Below are positions 17,572 to 30,117 of a stretch of DNA of 64,000 bases, piece by piece. The notes beneath the pieces were generated by a model. The model saw only the letters and a program-made list of their open reading frames with translations, was not told where the DNA came from and searched no databases. Where the stretch lies: NCBI GenBank assembly GCA_012521995.1, contig JAAYLH010000009.1, positions 38,411 through 102,410 of the forward strand, read 5' to 3'. A program made the translations under genes and the position numbers. The stretch comes from Bacteroidales bacterium. GTDB taxonomy: Bacteria > Bacteroidota > Bacteroidia > Bacteroidales > UBA7960. The first letter of the stretch is position 1. Each line of letters starts with the position of its first letter.

Positions 17572-19476
17572 TCAGAGCCTGAAGGAAAAGGTCAAGCCCA
17601 GAAACTGGTTGAACTGGGCCTTGGCCACCTTGTAGGGGGTCTGGTCGGGCAAGAGAACAGGCTCGCCAGCGGAGTTGAAGACAGGGAAGCGGACATCATC
17701 GTCGTAAATCAGGTGTAAGTTCAGGCGAATTGAGAAGAGGTAACTGATCTGCTTCTCGAGGCTCATCTCCCAATCCATATCTATATTTTGAGGCTTATCG
17801 AGATAGTTGGAAAACAACCTGATGTTGTTGTTGACCTTCAGGTCATCAAACAGGGTCATACTGTTTTTGATAACTATTTGTCCACCCATTTCCTGTCGGG
17901 TACGTTTGTCCTGCTCAATCCCGTGGTTTGTTTGGTTGATGTTTACGGTGTCGAGCACAAAAGTATTTCTGTAAGACAGGGGCGAAAAGTTGATCAGGGT
18001 CTTCTTGATGGGCTCGTATTCGAAACCCACCCCGACGGTGAAGGTTCCGGGGTTAAGGAATTTGGAGACCACCACAGTATCGGTTGGCGATTGGAATCCT
18101 TGGGCCACTTGGGTCTTTCCATAGAACACTGAGCTGAAGTCGAACTTCTCGAGGATCTTACGGTTGTATTGCGAGTTGATTTCAATCATGTCGGTGCTGG
18201 TCCTGAAGCCCCTTTCTTTAGTGCGTATGGTTCCATAGCGGAGGCGTCCGCTGCTGGTCCATTGGTCCTTGGATTCCTTGTTGGAGTATTTTGCTGTACC
18301 TGTGATGTCGATCATTCCCGAAAGGGAACTCTCACCCCCGCGTGACCAGTTGGATAGGTAGTTCTGATTCATTGAGAAGGCATTGATCAGGTCGTAGCTC
18401 CAGTACACTGGAATTTCCTTCAGCGCTGTCAGGCTTGCCAGTGTCCTCACAGGTCTGGCGGTGGGTATGACCATATCGTCGGCGGTTCGTTTCTCAAGCC
18501 GTTCCACATAGATGTCATCTTCCAGGACGACGTTCAGTTCATATTTCGAGGGGTTGGACATCCATACCGTGACCGAGTCGTTTCGTAAATTCTTTACCCA
18601 ATAGCGGTAAGGGTCTCTTTCATTAGAGCTAAGCCAGAATGGGGTTTTTCGGTTTTCCAGGTTGTTGACGTACAGGAGGATGCTGTCGCGCGTGAAGGTG
18701 TAATCCAAGAGAATTTCAACGGCCAGATTTAGGGAGTCAGGCAGGGTTTTATCGGGGACGATGTGAAATGGCGATTCCTCGTTGGCCAGGTTTACCCTTA
18801 AGGACTCGGTAAAGACAATGCCCGTGGAGTCGGCTAAGAACTTTACGGTCTTACGGCTCCTGCGGGGCAGCAGGGGCGGGGTGATGTCATCGTCGTCCAC
18901 TTCGTAGATCTGGACTTTTTTTTGCGCCAGGTAGCGGGTGTCAATGACTGTTTGGGTCAGGGTGTCCTTTACCTGAAGCAGGGAATCTATCCTGGGAAGG
19001 AAGTCGGGCAACAGCCTTAGGCTGTTGATTGAAATGGTGTCGACGGCCCTCATGACAATTGTGGTGTAGGTCACGAAAGGGTCTTTGTCGAGGGGGATAG
19101 TGTCGACGATGAACGAAAATGGAGCCAGCCAGCGGATGGGGACTGTGTCGTGGTTGATGATCCAGCCGGGGTTGATATTGATTGAGTCATATCGGAACCT
19201 CCTGATTCTATTCCCGATTGTGTCGAAAGGTTCTTTGTAGTGGTCTACCAGTCTTTTCAGCGAAAAGCGGAGGGTGTCGTTTTCATCCTTCCACAATTTT
19301 TCGCTTTCCACCAGCCTGAGAATGTATTGTGAGGCCATTCCGGGGGTAAAGGGCAGGGGGGGGGCAAGGATGCTGTCGGCTGGCGTTGCTGTGGTTTGGT
19401 TTTTGTTCTGGGCAAGACCTTGCTGGAGGTTTACCCATCCAAGAATAATAAAAAGAAAAAAAGCTGTTCTGCGCAT
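17572..19476 (-). CDS. DUF3078-like outer-membrane beta-barrel protein with long N-terminal extension
   Basis: Signal peptide; NQNYLSNW..GGESS and YDDD motifs; C-terminal beta-strand pattern LGLTFSFRL. Confidence 0.75.
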   Translation of the reverse strand: MRRTAFFLFIILGWVNLQQGLAQNKNQTTATPADSILAPPLPFTPGMASQYILRLVESEKLWKDENDTLRFSLKRLVDHYKEPFDTIGNRIRRFRYDSININPGWIINHDTVPIRWLAPFSFIVDTIPLDKDPFVTYTTIVMRAVDTISINSLRLLPDFLPRIDSLLQVKDTLTQTVIDTRYLAQKKVQIYEVDDDDITPPLLPRRSRKTVKFLADSTGIVFTESLRVNLANEESPFHIVPDKTLPDSLNLAVEILLDYTFTRDSILLYVNNLENRKTPFWLSSNERDPYRYWVKNLRNDSVTVWMSNPSKYELNVVLEDDIYVERLEKRTADDMVIPTARPVRTLASLTALKEIPVYWSYDLINAFSMNQNYLSNWSRGGESSLSGMIDITGTAKYSNKESKDQWTSSGRLRYGTIRTKERGFRTSTDMIEINSQYNRKILEKFDFSSVFYGKTQVAQGFQSPTDTVVVSKFLNPGTFTVGVGFEYEPIKKTLINFSPLSYRNTFVLDTVNINQTNHGIEQDKRTRQEMGGQIVIKNSMTLFDDLKVNNNIRLFSNYLDKPQNIDMDWEMSLEKQISYLFSIRLNLHLIYDDDVRFPVFNSAGEPVLLPDQTPYKVAKAQFNQFLGLTFSFRL

Positions 19477-19601
19477 ATATCCTTATTGTTGTTGAATACA
19501 AAAGCAGTTGCGAAAAAGGGGCATTTTTTAATAAACGTTGCCTTAAGGGGTATATTTTCCTTTTTCGCTTTCTCCTGAATACCTTTAGAGGTTAAAAGTT
19601 T

Positions 19602-19634
19602 AAAAAAACCGCCCCGCCATTTATGACGGGGCGG
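19602..19634 (-). terminator. Rho-independent terminator of gyrB
   Basis: ccgccccg...cggggcgg stem with an adjacent A7 (U-tract on the minus strand). Confidence 0.8.
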
Positions 19635-19658
19635 AGGGTTGTTTATGTTATGGCGGGG

Positions 19659-21644
<1,986 letters not shown>

Positions 21645-21652
21645 TTAACTGG

Positions 21653-21660
21653 CAAAGGTA
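21653..21660 (-). promoter_or_regulatory. -7 promoter element for gyrB (TACCTTTG on minus strand)
   Basis: caaaggta on the plus strand, shortly upstream of the gyrB start. Confidence 0.55.
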
Positions 21661-21717
21661 CGATTTTTCGGGGAGTTTTTGGGCAGAAAACAAGCTTTTG
21701 GGCAGGAAATTATTAAC

Positions 21718-21763
21718 AAAAAAAACATCCTGAAACCCTTGATTTTGTTTTGATTTCAGGATG
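21718..21763 (-). terminator. Probable terminator of the TPR/beta-barrel operon
   Basis: catcctgaaa...tttcaggatg inverted repeat with an adjacent A-tract. Confidence 0.6.
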
Positions 21764-21818
21764 CCTTTCGAACTTGTTGATAAGTTAGACCAGGCTGTCA
21801 AAATAGGGCCTGAAAAGC

Positions 21819-23531
21819 CTAAAATGACCAGGTGGCTCCGCCCATGATGTGAAACTTCTGGGAAGGGTAGTTTAGCCAGCGTTCGAGGGATTGGTTGGCC
21901 AGGTTCTGGAAGTTGAGGAAGAATGACAAAATCCGGGAATAACGGTATTCAAGGCCCAGGTTGGCATCAATATGCCAGTCGTAGAGCTGATAGGCCTCAG
22001 GCTTGCCCAGTTCGTTGAAGATGCGGCCATAGGCTGCGTCGCGTGAGGAAAGATCAGCGCTGAGGATGATCTTGTCTTGCATGTTGTACTTCATGTTTAG
22101 CCCTAAAATGAGGTTTGGCAGGTGCCAGGCTTCGAGTTCGACCTCAGGGTTATTTTGGAAATAGCTGGCCGATAGCCTCACTTGAAAGCGGCTGCCAAAC
22201 TGTCCGAAGAGCTCGCCCCTGACCTGCAATTGATGCAGGTTGTCATATGCAAGGGTGAATTCATTGTGGAGGAGGCTGGTGGTGTCGGTGACAAAGAAGG
22301 GGTAATTGTCTATTCTTGAGCTGAACAGTCCCAGGTTATAGGAAAACTGATCGGTGAAGGCTCCTTTGATGCCTGCCGAGATTTTCATTTTGTTGTTTTG
22401 AAAGGCCAGAGGGACATTTGAGGTCATGAAGGGGTTCTCTCGAAGGAGTTCGCGAAGAGATTGCCGTTTCATCCCCCCTGAGAACTCGCTGTGCAGGATC
22501 AGGTGGCGGTCGATAAGAGCGGCTTCAAGACCAATATTGGGATATACCCTGAAATAGGAAGCCGTGTCGGCCTGGACGTTTATATTCACGCCTGCAAAAA
22601 GCTTCAGGATGTCGTATTTCACCATGATCTTTGGAAAGATGCTGATCAGCGCATTGCTTATGGTATCGACGGGCATGCGGTTCCGGTAAAAATCGGTGCC
22701 GAAGTCCAGCCCGAGATATAACTGGTCGAGCAATGCAAAGGGGTCTTCCATCTCACGGCCGATTCCTCCCCTGAAGCGAATGTTGTGTTCCATGGCATCA
22801 TAGCGGTCGGTAAGCCAGTTGTATTCCAGTCCCGAATGATAGCTGATGCGGGCCGAGTCGGGAAAATTAGAGCCAAAGCCCACACTGGCATTAAGTTGGT
22901 TAATGCGCTGGCGGAAATCCTTACTTGTCATATCCTCCAGGGTTTGTTCGATGGGGGTGTCCAGGTAGTCATCAGGTTTGTATCCATAATAATGGATCAT
23001 GTTGCGGTCGAAGCGGATGCCCCCATTGAGGACATTGGTTCCGAAAAAGCGCTTTCCGTAAATGTGGGCCAGGTTGTCGCTGTATCCGTTGTAGCCGTAG
23101 TCTTTAATTCCACCCTTAGAAGACCGGTGTTTCAGGTGAAGACCCAAGGCATAGGTGTTGGAGCGGAGGGTGTTGTAAAAGGCTTCTACATAGGGGGTTG
23201 TGTAGTTGCCGAAGCCCCCCTTGATGTGTCCCTGGTACAGCTTTGTCAGGGGTTCTCCGCGCATGCGGGCAGCGGTGAGCGGTTCAAGTTCAAACTGGGT
23301 GTTGAGCCCGCGCGGCCTAATGGCATAGGTAAACGATGGCTTGACCTGTAGGGTGTCGTCAATGCGGGGGTTGTCGTTGATTTTGAAGGCATCCGATACG
23401 GTGGGCTGGTAAGGTGCTACCACGCGAATCTCTTCAATGTCCATTGGCCGCTGTCCGAATAGCGGGGCAGAGGCTATCAGCATCACGAAGCTGCTGAGCA
23501 TCAGGATTCTGAAAATGGGCTTTATATTCAT
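21819..23531 (-). CDS. Outer-membrane beta-barrel protein (TonB-dependent-receptor-like)
   Basis: Signal peptide, EEIRVVAPYQP motif, alternating beta pattern and C-terminal GATWSF. Confidence 0.75.
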   Translation of the reverse strand: MNIKPIFRILMLSSFVMLIASAPLFGQRPMDIEEIRVVAPYQPTVSDAFKINDNPRIDDTLQVKPSFTYAIRPRGLNTQFELEPLTAARMRGEPLTKLYQGHIKGGFGNYTTPYVEAFYNTLRSNTYALGLHLKHRSSKGGIKDYGYNGYSDNLAHIYGKRFFGTNVLNGGIRFDRNMIHYYGYKPDDYLDTPIEQTLEDMTSKDFRQRINQLNASVGFGSNFPDSARISYHSGLEYNWLTDRYDAMEHNIRFRGGIGREMEDPFALLDQLYLGLDFGTDFYRNRMPVDTISNALISIFPKIMVKYDILKLFAGVNINVQADTASYFRVYPNIGLEAALIDRHLILHSEFSGGMKRQSLRELLRENPFMTSNVPLAFQNNKMKISAGIKGAFTDQFSYNLGLFSSRIDNYPFFVTDTTSLLHNEFTLAYDNLHQLQVRGELFGQFGSRFQVRLSASYFQNNPEVELEAWHLPNLILGLNMKYNMQDKIILSADLSSRDAAYGRIFNELGKPEAYQLYDWHIDANLGLEYRYSRILSFFLNFQNLANQSLERWLNYPSQKFHIMGGATWSF

Positions 23532-23569
23532 GGGCTGTTTGTTTTTCCTTTTTGAAAGCAGTGCCTTGA

Positions 23570-26500
23570 TTAAAACGCGTTTCTTCCGAGGTCAATCTCC
23601 ACGGGTTCGTTTTTCGGGGTCTGGTTTTGGATCCGTTCCTGTTCAAGGATTGCATCCAGTTTTTGGATGGCCTCCGAGCGCAGGTCCTCGCCTTCGTAGT
23701 TGTCGATAATGCTCTGCAGGGTATGTTTGGCCTGGAAAACATTATCAACGGCCAGGTAGTTGTCGGCAAGGAGGATGAAGGTCTTGGCAAGCCAGTAGTC
23801 GTAGGCTGACATATTGTTGAGGAAATCGAAGATCATTTTCTCTGATTGCCCGTAGTTCCCAGCACGGTATTCAATTAAAGCCAGGTAATACATTGCCTCG
23901 GCAGCGGTTTCGTTTTCGGCAATGTTCATGGCACTGCTGAAACTTGTTCTGGCCTGGGCCATGCGATTGAGTTCCAGTGCTGAATTCCCTGAGATCAGAT
24001 GGGCTTCCTGCTGCACCTCGCGTGGAGTTTTTTCGTTGGCAAGCACTGTTGAGGCTAGCGCAAGGGTCTCTTGGTAGCGTTGCAGGCGGAATTGTGACCT
24101 CATCTGGCCGATTTGGGCCTCCAGTTTATTGCTTGGCAATTCAGCCACTTCTTCCAGTTTTCGATAAGTGGTCAGGGCTGCCGCATAGTTCTGCTGGCGG
24201 AACTCGATGGTGGAAGCCCGCAGCAAGGAATTTTCAGTAAACCTCGATCTGGGCCTGCTGATGACATAATTATAGCCTGTAAGGGCCTGAGGAAGGTTAC
24301 CTGCCCGATAATCACATTCAGCAAGGTAGAAATGGGCATTGATTGTAAAGATGCCGCTTGGGAACCTGTCGAGGTAGTTGCTGAAGCTACGGGAGGAGTT
24401 CTCACAGTCGCCTTGCATATAACGGTTCTCCGCGGCAATATAAGTAAGCGAGTCTTGTTGGGCCGTGGTAATATTGGCAAATCCAAGCCCTTCAGAGAAT
24501 CGGATGAATTCTTCGACACGGTCGAGGCTCACATAAATGTTGCGGATGGCAAGCAGGGCTTCCTGTGATTCGGGTGTGCCCGGGTAGCGGTTGACGACTT
24601 CTTTAAATATCTGCAGGGCTTGGTCATCGCGACTGGTGTTAAAATAAATGAGCCCTGATTTCAGCATTGCACTCTTAACATAACTGCTGTTGGGATGCTG
24701 TGAGATGACCTGCCCGAAGAAGTTCATGGCCTGATCATTGTTGTCGAGCGTGAGCCATGAATTTGCAATTTCGTACAAGGCATCGTCGTGATAGTTGGAG
24801 GAAGGGAAGCGCTGGATGAGCCCCTGCATGGTGCTGATCTTGTTCTCAAATCGCCCCATTACCCCCTGCACCAAGCCTTTCTGGAAGATGGCATAGTCGG
24901 TGTCGAGAACAGCCAGGCGGATGGCCTGGTCATAGTAGTCAAGAGCAAGGGGGTATTCCTTAGAGATGAAATAGCTATCGGCAATCCTCAGGGTTGCATC
25001 ATTGATTAGGCGGGGTTCTTCCTTAGTGCCTGTCAGGAACTTGCGAAAGGCGGTAATGGCGCGGGCGTAGTTCTTGTTTTTAAAGTGGCCGTACCCTATG
25101 GTGTAGTTAGCCCTGTTGTATACCTCCAAGGGGAAGGCTTCCTGTGAAATGAGGAAGCGCTCCATGGTCGAGATTGATTCGGTGAATTTTTCCTGGCGGT
25201 AAAGAGCTTCTCCCTTCCAGTAGAGGGTTTGTGCTGCCATGCTCAGGTTGTCGGGATATCTTGCCGATTTGTCAAAGTGAGTCACGGCACCTGCAAAGTC
25301 GCCGTTGTTGAAGAGCTCTACCCCGCGGTAGTAGGCGATACGCTGAAATGCTGAACGCAAACGGGGAGCGTTGATTTGGATCTTTTCTATGGAAGCCATG
25401 GCATCGCGATAATTGTGGGTGGTCAGGTAGATATCTACCAGGTAGCGGTAAGCTTCCTCTATGCGTTCAGAACGCGGATATTCCTCAATGTAACGCTGGA
25501 AGGAGAGGATGGCTTCGTTATAGGGGTCAATGGCCAGCTCATACGATAGTTTGGCATAGTTAAAAAGGGCGTCTTCGGCAATGGCATCATCGTGTTTGTT
25601 CTGGAAGGCTGCCATGAAGGCATTGCGGGCGAAACGCTTTTGGTCGGTTTTCAGGTATGCATCGGCCAGATGGTAATGGGCATTCTGGGCCATGGCGTCA
25701 CTGCCCGAGATCACCTTGTCGAAATGGTTGATGGACTTGCTGTAGCGACCTGCACTGTAATAGGCAAATCCCATCTGGTACTGGTCGTCGCGGGTAATGC
25801 GCTGGGGGCTTTGCTCGAAATAAGTCTCCAGATAGGGTAAAGCCCTTTGGTAGTCCCCTTTTCTGAACCAGGCTTCGCCCATGAGTTTTGCTATCTCGGG
25901 CCCTCGCCTTGCCGTGGCTTCTTCAAGGAGGGGTTCGGCATAGTTCAGCAAGAGATCGTATTCTTCCTGCATATAGTAAATATGGGTGATATAATAAGGA
26001 ACCACCGATCCAAAGGTTTCATCGTTTTCAAGTTCGCTGAAAGTTTCCAGTGCTGAGGGGAGATCTCCATCCAGGTAGTCCATATGCCCGTGGTAATAAG
26101 ATGCAGGGGGGTAATAGCGCGAGTTGGGGTTCCTAATCTGGCTGAACATCTGACGAGCCCCATTATTGTCATTGGTCATGAACAAACTGTATCCCCTTTT
26201 GAAATAATACTCCTCACGTGAGGAGGGATTCAGCTCCCGAACATTGACGCTGGCAAACCAGCGTGAGGCATCGCGATACTTCCGGTCGCGGTACTTGACA
26301 TTCCCCAGCTGGAAACGCGCCTGGTTTTGTTGTGGATGGGATGGGTGCTGATCGACAAAGGACAGCAGCAGCGCTTCCGCATCGGGGTTAAACAACTCGG
26401 CAGCACACACTCCTGAATAGTAGAGGGCGCTGACCCGTACTTCGTTGTGTGGGTCACTGATCTGGTTTGTGATCTGGTCGAACAACTCACGGGCAGCCCC

Positions 26501-26644
26501 AAACTTCTCTTTTTCAAAAAGATCAATGGCCAATCGGTAGGTGGCATCGGGATCGTCGTGAACAGGAGTCTTCTGGGCAAAGCCGGCAATGGGGAATAGC
26601 AGGGCCAGCATCAGCAGGAGTGTAAAGATCTTTCGGATCATCAT
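23570..26644 (-). CDS. Large periplasmic TPR protein (about 1020 aa)
   Basis: Signal peptide (AGFA|Q) and many TPRs with YP.S motifs. Start chosen at ATG 26644. Confidence 0.88.
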   Translation of the reverse strand: MMIRKIFTLLLMLALLFPIAGFAQKTPVHDDPDATYRLAIDLFEKEKFGAARELFDQITNQISDPHNEVRVSALYYSGVCAAELFNPDAEALLLSFVDQHPSHPQQNQARFQLGNVKYRDRKYRDASRWFASVNVRELNPSSREEYYFKRGYSLFMTNDNNGARQMFSQIRNPNSRYYPPASYYHGHMDYLDGDLPSALETFSELENDETFGSVVPYYITHIYYMQEEYDLLLNYAEPLLEEATARRGPEIAKLMGEAWFRKGDYQRALPYLETYFEQSPQRITRDDQYQMGFAYYSAGRYSKSINHFDKVISGSDAMAQNAHYHLADAYLKTDQKRFARNAFMAAFQNKHDDAIAEDALFNYAKLSYELAIDPYNEAILSFQRYIEEYPRSERIEEAYRYLVDIYLTTHNYRDAMASIEKIQINAPRLRSAFQRIAYYRGVELFNNGDFAGAVTHFDKSARYPDNLSMAAQTLYWKGEALYRQEKFTESISTMERFLISQEAFPLEVYNRANYTIGYGHFKNKNYARAITAFRKFLTGTKEEPRLINDATLRIADSYFISKEYPLALDYYDQAIRLAVLDTDYAIFQKGLVQGVMGRFENKISTMQGLIQRFPSSNYHDDALYEIANSWLTLDNNDQAMNFFGQVISQHPNSSYVKSAMLKSGLIYFNTSRDDQALQIFKEVVNRYPGTPESQEALLAIRNIYVSLDRVEEFIRFSEGLGFANITTAQQDSLTYIAAENRYMQGDCENSSRSFSNYLDRFPSGIFTINAHFYLAECDYRAGNLPQALTGYNYVISRPRSRFTENSLLRASTIEFRQQNYAAALTTYRKLEEVAELPSNKLEAQIGQMRSQFRLQRYQETLALASTVLANEKTPREVQQEAHLISGNSALELNRMAQARTSFSSAMNIAENETAAEAMYYLALIEYRAGNYGQSEKMIFDFLNNMSAYDYWLAKTFILLADNYLAVDNVFQAKHTLQSIIDNYEGEDLRSEAIQKLDAILEQERIQNQTPKNEPVEIDLGRNAF

Positions 26645-26698
26645 GTTTAACGGGTTGTTGGTTAAAGCTTTCAAATGGTCTCCCTAAAAATACAAAAG

Positions 26699-27077
26699 AA
26701 AAGGCAGGTCTGTAAGCCGGGTTCTGTATTCCGCCGAAGCGGACTCCCTGTCATTTGTCTGGGCTGTGGCTTGCGCAACAGCTCTAACGGCCTACCCTCC
26801 GGGATTGGGCGAGCTACCCTCAAGCCCCGGTATATTTGGCCTTTCAACGCATAAGGTTTACCCCCCGCTACAGTCACCTGTAGCGGTCGTGAGCTCTTAC
26901 CTCACGTTTTCACCCTTACCTGACCCGCAATGCGGAATGCAGGCGGTTGTTTTCTGTGGCCCTTTCTCGCAGCCCGCCTGGGGCGGACTGGCTTCCCGTT
27001 AGGAAGTATGCTGCTCTGTGTTGCCCGGACTTTCCTCCTGCTGCCTGGGCAGCAAGCGACAAGACAACCTGCCTTTT
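26699..27077 (-). ncRNA. rnpB: RNase P RNA (bacterial type A)
   Basis: Minus strand has GAGGAAAGTCCGGGC, GGCCACAGAAAAC, AGGGTGAAAACGTGAGGTAAGAGCTCAC and ACAGAACCCGGCTTA. Terminal P1 helix AAAAGGCAGGT/ACCTGCCTTTT. Confidence 0.96.
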
Positions 27078-27168
27078 CAATGATCGTAATTAAATTTTTT
27101 AATTCATTTTCCCTTTGGGCGCCTTGTCTTGTGTGCATTGGCCAAACCAAGGAAACACTAAAAGCGCC

Positions 27169-28236
27169 TTATTTGTTCCTGTAAAAAAATACCTCCGTTG
27201 CCCCCATGCCATAACGGGCATAAGCTGCGTCATAAAACTCAACGCCGGGGGTATTCCTCAAATATCTCAGGATCTCATTCTTCAGAGTGCCGTTGCCTAC
27301 CCCGTGGATAAAGATCATCTTTGACATTTTTTCCACTTCTGCTTGTTCCATACAGCGGCGGAAATAATCCATCTGAATTTTGAGCATCTCCACATTGGAG
27401 AGTCCTGATATGCTGTCTGAAAGCTCGGTTATGTGCAGGTCAACTTCAGCTATACGGTCATCCACCTTGTGCTTGTCGAGTAAGCTTTCCACTTTTGGTG
27501 TATTATCCTGCTTTCGTGTTCCTGCCGTGATCTTTTCGTTCAAGAACTTGATGTTTTCCGTCGTGACTTCTGTCCCTTCAGCCTTGATTGCCAGGTCCTC
27601 CAGGAGTGCCAGAGGAACCATCATAGCCTTTTTTCGCAGCAATGCGTCAAAGGGGAAGCTGTCCTCCTTATAAATCTTGACAGGCTTGAATGAAATGCTT
27701 GCGGAAGCCGGTTTTACAGGAACGGTTTTTCCCGGCCCGAAAAACATAATCTGCACCAGCCCATTCGGCCAGTCTTCAATCTGGTTTCGCTCGTCTTGCC
27801 GGATGAATAGTTTTGAGTCGGCTTCAACAAAGCCGTATTCTATCCCATGGAAGTTGCCCGAACGGTTCAGGTAAATCCCAAAAAGCATCTCCGAATCGGT
27901 GTGGTTCACCAGGTAAAAGTCGAGGGGGCTCTGCAGCAGCTGCTCCTGATCAGCGGGCACAATGGCCAGGTAGGCCCCTGCGGCTATTTGTCCCAGCTTA
28001 TTGGGCACCGAAAATAAGGGCGACTGATCGGGATTCGCGACCTCATCTTCCTCTTCGATATGACGGGTCATATCGGCCATGGAATCACCCACTTTAAGCA
28101 GGTCGGTCAAGGCATAGGGTATTTCAAATCCGTCTTCGATGGAAACGTAGGCTATCTTTTCATCCACAATGCGTGCGATGACCCCGCCTCCTTTTTCATT
28201 CAAAAATGCGACCCTGTCGCCTGGTTTAAACTTCAT
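27169..28236 (-). CDS. DUF2027/Smr-domain protein
   Basis: N-terminal KOW-like FKPGDRV; C-terminal Smr motifs EVDLHI, IHGVGNG and YGMGAT. Confidence 0.85.
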   Translation of the reverse strand: MKFKPGDRVAFLNEKGGGVIARIVDEKIAYVSIEDGFEIPYALTDLLKVGDSMADMTRHIEEEDEVANPDQSPLFSVPNKLGQIAAGAYLAIVPADQEQLLQSPLDFYLVNHTDSEMLFGIYLNRSGNFHGIEYGFVEADSKLFIRQDERNQIEDWPNGLVQIMFFGPGKTVPVKPASASISFKPVKIYKEDSFPFDALLRKKAMMVPLALLEDLAIKAEGTEVTTENIKFLNEKITAGTRKQDNTPKVESLLDKHKVDDRIAEVDLHITELSDSISGLSNVEMLKIQMDYFRRCMEQAEVEKMSKMIFIHGVGNGTLKNEILRYLRNTPGVEFYDAAYARYGMGATEVFFYRNK

Positions 28237-28507
28237 AGTGTGTTCCCGTACTTATCCTAAACCCCACCTTAATAACGTCACAAGAGTTCAGTCAATATAT
28301 GCGCTACAAAAATTATACAAAATTAACATAAATAGCGCTTGAAGGGCCTGCTTTTCACCAAAATCCCTTCCATTATTTATATGCCCCCTGTCTGATAAAT
28401 TTCTTTCAAAAACGATTTGCCAAAACAAAAGTTTTTAATTTTGAGGAATTTCAGGTCCCCTGCGTTTTGTTTCAGGTAAGGCCGTTTACGGAAAGCGCCC
28501 CTATTGC

Positions 28508-30007
28508 ATGCAGCGAAAGTTTTTGAAAAACCTGGTTTTACTACTGGTCCTCAACCTTCTGATAAAACCATTCTGGATTTTAGGCATTGACCGAGCGGTG
28601 CAAAACACTGTAGGGGCATCTGAGTATGGCTTTTATTTTGCCATCCTCAACTTCTCCTTTTTGTTCAATATCTTGCTCGACTTTGGAATCACCAATTTCA
28701 ACAATCGAAACATTGCTCAGAACAACCATTTGTTGGGAAAGCACCTGCCCAATATTTTCGTTTTAAAGACGGCTTTGTTTGTCGGTTACCTGATCTTTTC
28801 CTTCGTGAGCGCGCTCTTTATCAACTACAGCAGCGAACAGTTGCTCATGCTGGCCCTGCTGGCTTTCAACCAGTTCCTGTTGAGCTTTATCCTTTACCTG
28901 CGTTCGAACCTTAGCGGATTGCACTTGTTTCGTACCGACAGCCTCATATCAGTATTAGACAGAACTCTCATGATTATCATTGTTGGGGTGCTGCTCTGGG
29001 GAAATGTGGTGCAAGAGTTCAAAATCAAGTATTTCGTATTTGCACAAACCTTTAGCTATCTGCTGACGTTTGGCATTACCTTCATCATTGTCCTGCGAAA
29101 GGCAGGCACAACAATTTTCAAGCTTCACTGGGATCTGCCCTTTATGCTGATCATCATCCGCAGGAGCTTGCCTTATGCGCTGCTGGTGCTGCTGATGACC
29201 TTTTACAACCGGGTGGACAGCGTTATGCTCGAGCGCCTTTTACCCGAAGGGGCCAAATACAGCGGCATTTATGCATCAGCCTATCGTTTGCTGGATGCGG
29301 TAAACCAATTTGCATACCTGTTTTCTGTCCTACTGTTGCCAATCTTTGCGCGTATGATAAGCCACAAACAAGAGGTCCAGGGCATGGTGAGGCTGGCTTT
29401 TACCCTGGTAATAACCCCCGCGGTTATTGTTGCAATAGGTTCTTTTTTATACGCAAGTGAAATCATGCATATGCTTTATCCAATTCACCCTGGGGAAAGC
29501 GCGTTCGATTTTGCCTTCCGCATGGATGCCTCCAGCCGTGTTTTTGCCCTTCTGATGCTTTGCTTCATTGGCACGTCTACCAATTACATATTCGGGACCT
29601 TGCTGACCGCCAACGGAAGTCTGAGGCAACTGAACCTGATTTCCCTTTCGGGAATGATCATCAATATTGGTCTGAACCTTTGGCTTATCCCAAAGCACCA
29701 GGCCATTGGATCGGCCTTTGCGAGCTTGGTGACCCAGAGCCTGGTAGCCCTCGCTCAAGTCATTGTTGTTTTCAGGATCTTCAGGATGAAACCCAAGAAG
29801 GCATTTATTTGGCGCCTGTTCATGCTGATTTGCGGAGCCTTGATCATTGGCCTCCTCAGCCAGTTGCTTCCTTTCCACTGGTTTGTTAACCTGACCATTA
29901 TGGGTTTGGTTAGCCTCATGCTTGCCATGATGATCCGTTTCTTTCGCATCGGCCAATTTGTTCGCATCATGCGATTCGGTGAACAACCTGATGTCCAGTC
30001 ATCATAA
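28508..30007 (+). CDS. Oligosaccharide flippase (Wzx/MOP family)
   Basis: Multi-TM protein with LLDFGI, RVDSVML and GIYASAYRL motifs. Confidence 0.85.
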   Translation: MQRKFLKNLVLLLVLNLLIKPFWILGIDRAVQNTVGASEYGFYFAILNFSFLFNILLDFGITNFNNRNIAQNNHLLGKHLPNIFVLKTALFVGYLIFSFVSALFINYSSEQLLMLALLAFNQFLLSFILYLRSNLSGLHLFRTDSLISVLDRTLMIIIVGVLLWGNVVQEFKIKYFVFAQTFSYLLTFGITFIIVLRKAGTTIFKLHWDLPFMLIIIRRSLPYALLVLLMTFYNRVDSVMLERLLPEGAKYSGIYASAYRLLDAVNQFAYLFSVLLLPIFARMISHKQEVQGMVRLAFTLVITPAVIVAIGSFLYASEIMHMLYPIHPGESAFDFAFRMDASSRVFALLMLCFIGTSTNYIFGTLLTANGSLRQLNLISLSGMIINIGLNLWLIPKHQAIGSAFASLVTQSLVALAQVIVVFRIFRMKPKKAFIWRLFMLICGALIIGLLSQLLPFHWFVNLTIMGLVSLMLAMMIRFFRIGQFVRIMRFGEQPDVQSS

Positions 30008-30044
30008 GGCTAGGTTTCAAAAAGCCTGAAACTGCATTTTTGCT

Positions 30045-30052
30045 TATCTTTG
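30045..30052 (+). promoter_or_regulatory. -7 promoter element (TATCTTTG)
   Basis: TAnnTTTG match upstream of the CDS at 30118. Confidence 0.45.
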
Positions 30053-30117
30053 GCGTGGCATAAATAAAACGCACTGCCTTTCGTTTTTTTTGTTAAACAG
30101 ACCCAAACATCAATCAA

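Noticed and set aside
26671-27184. Several short ORFs (68-84 aa)
   Set aside because: They overlap the RNase P RNA gene and have no protein-like features.
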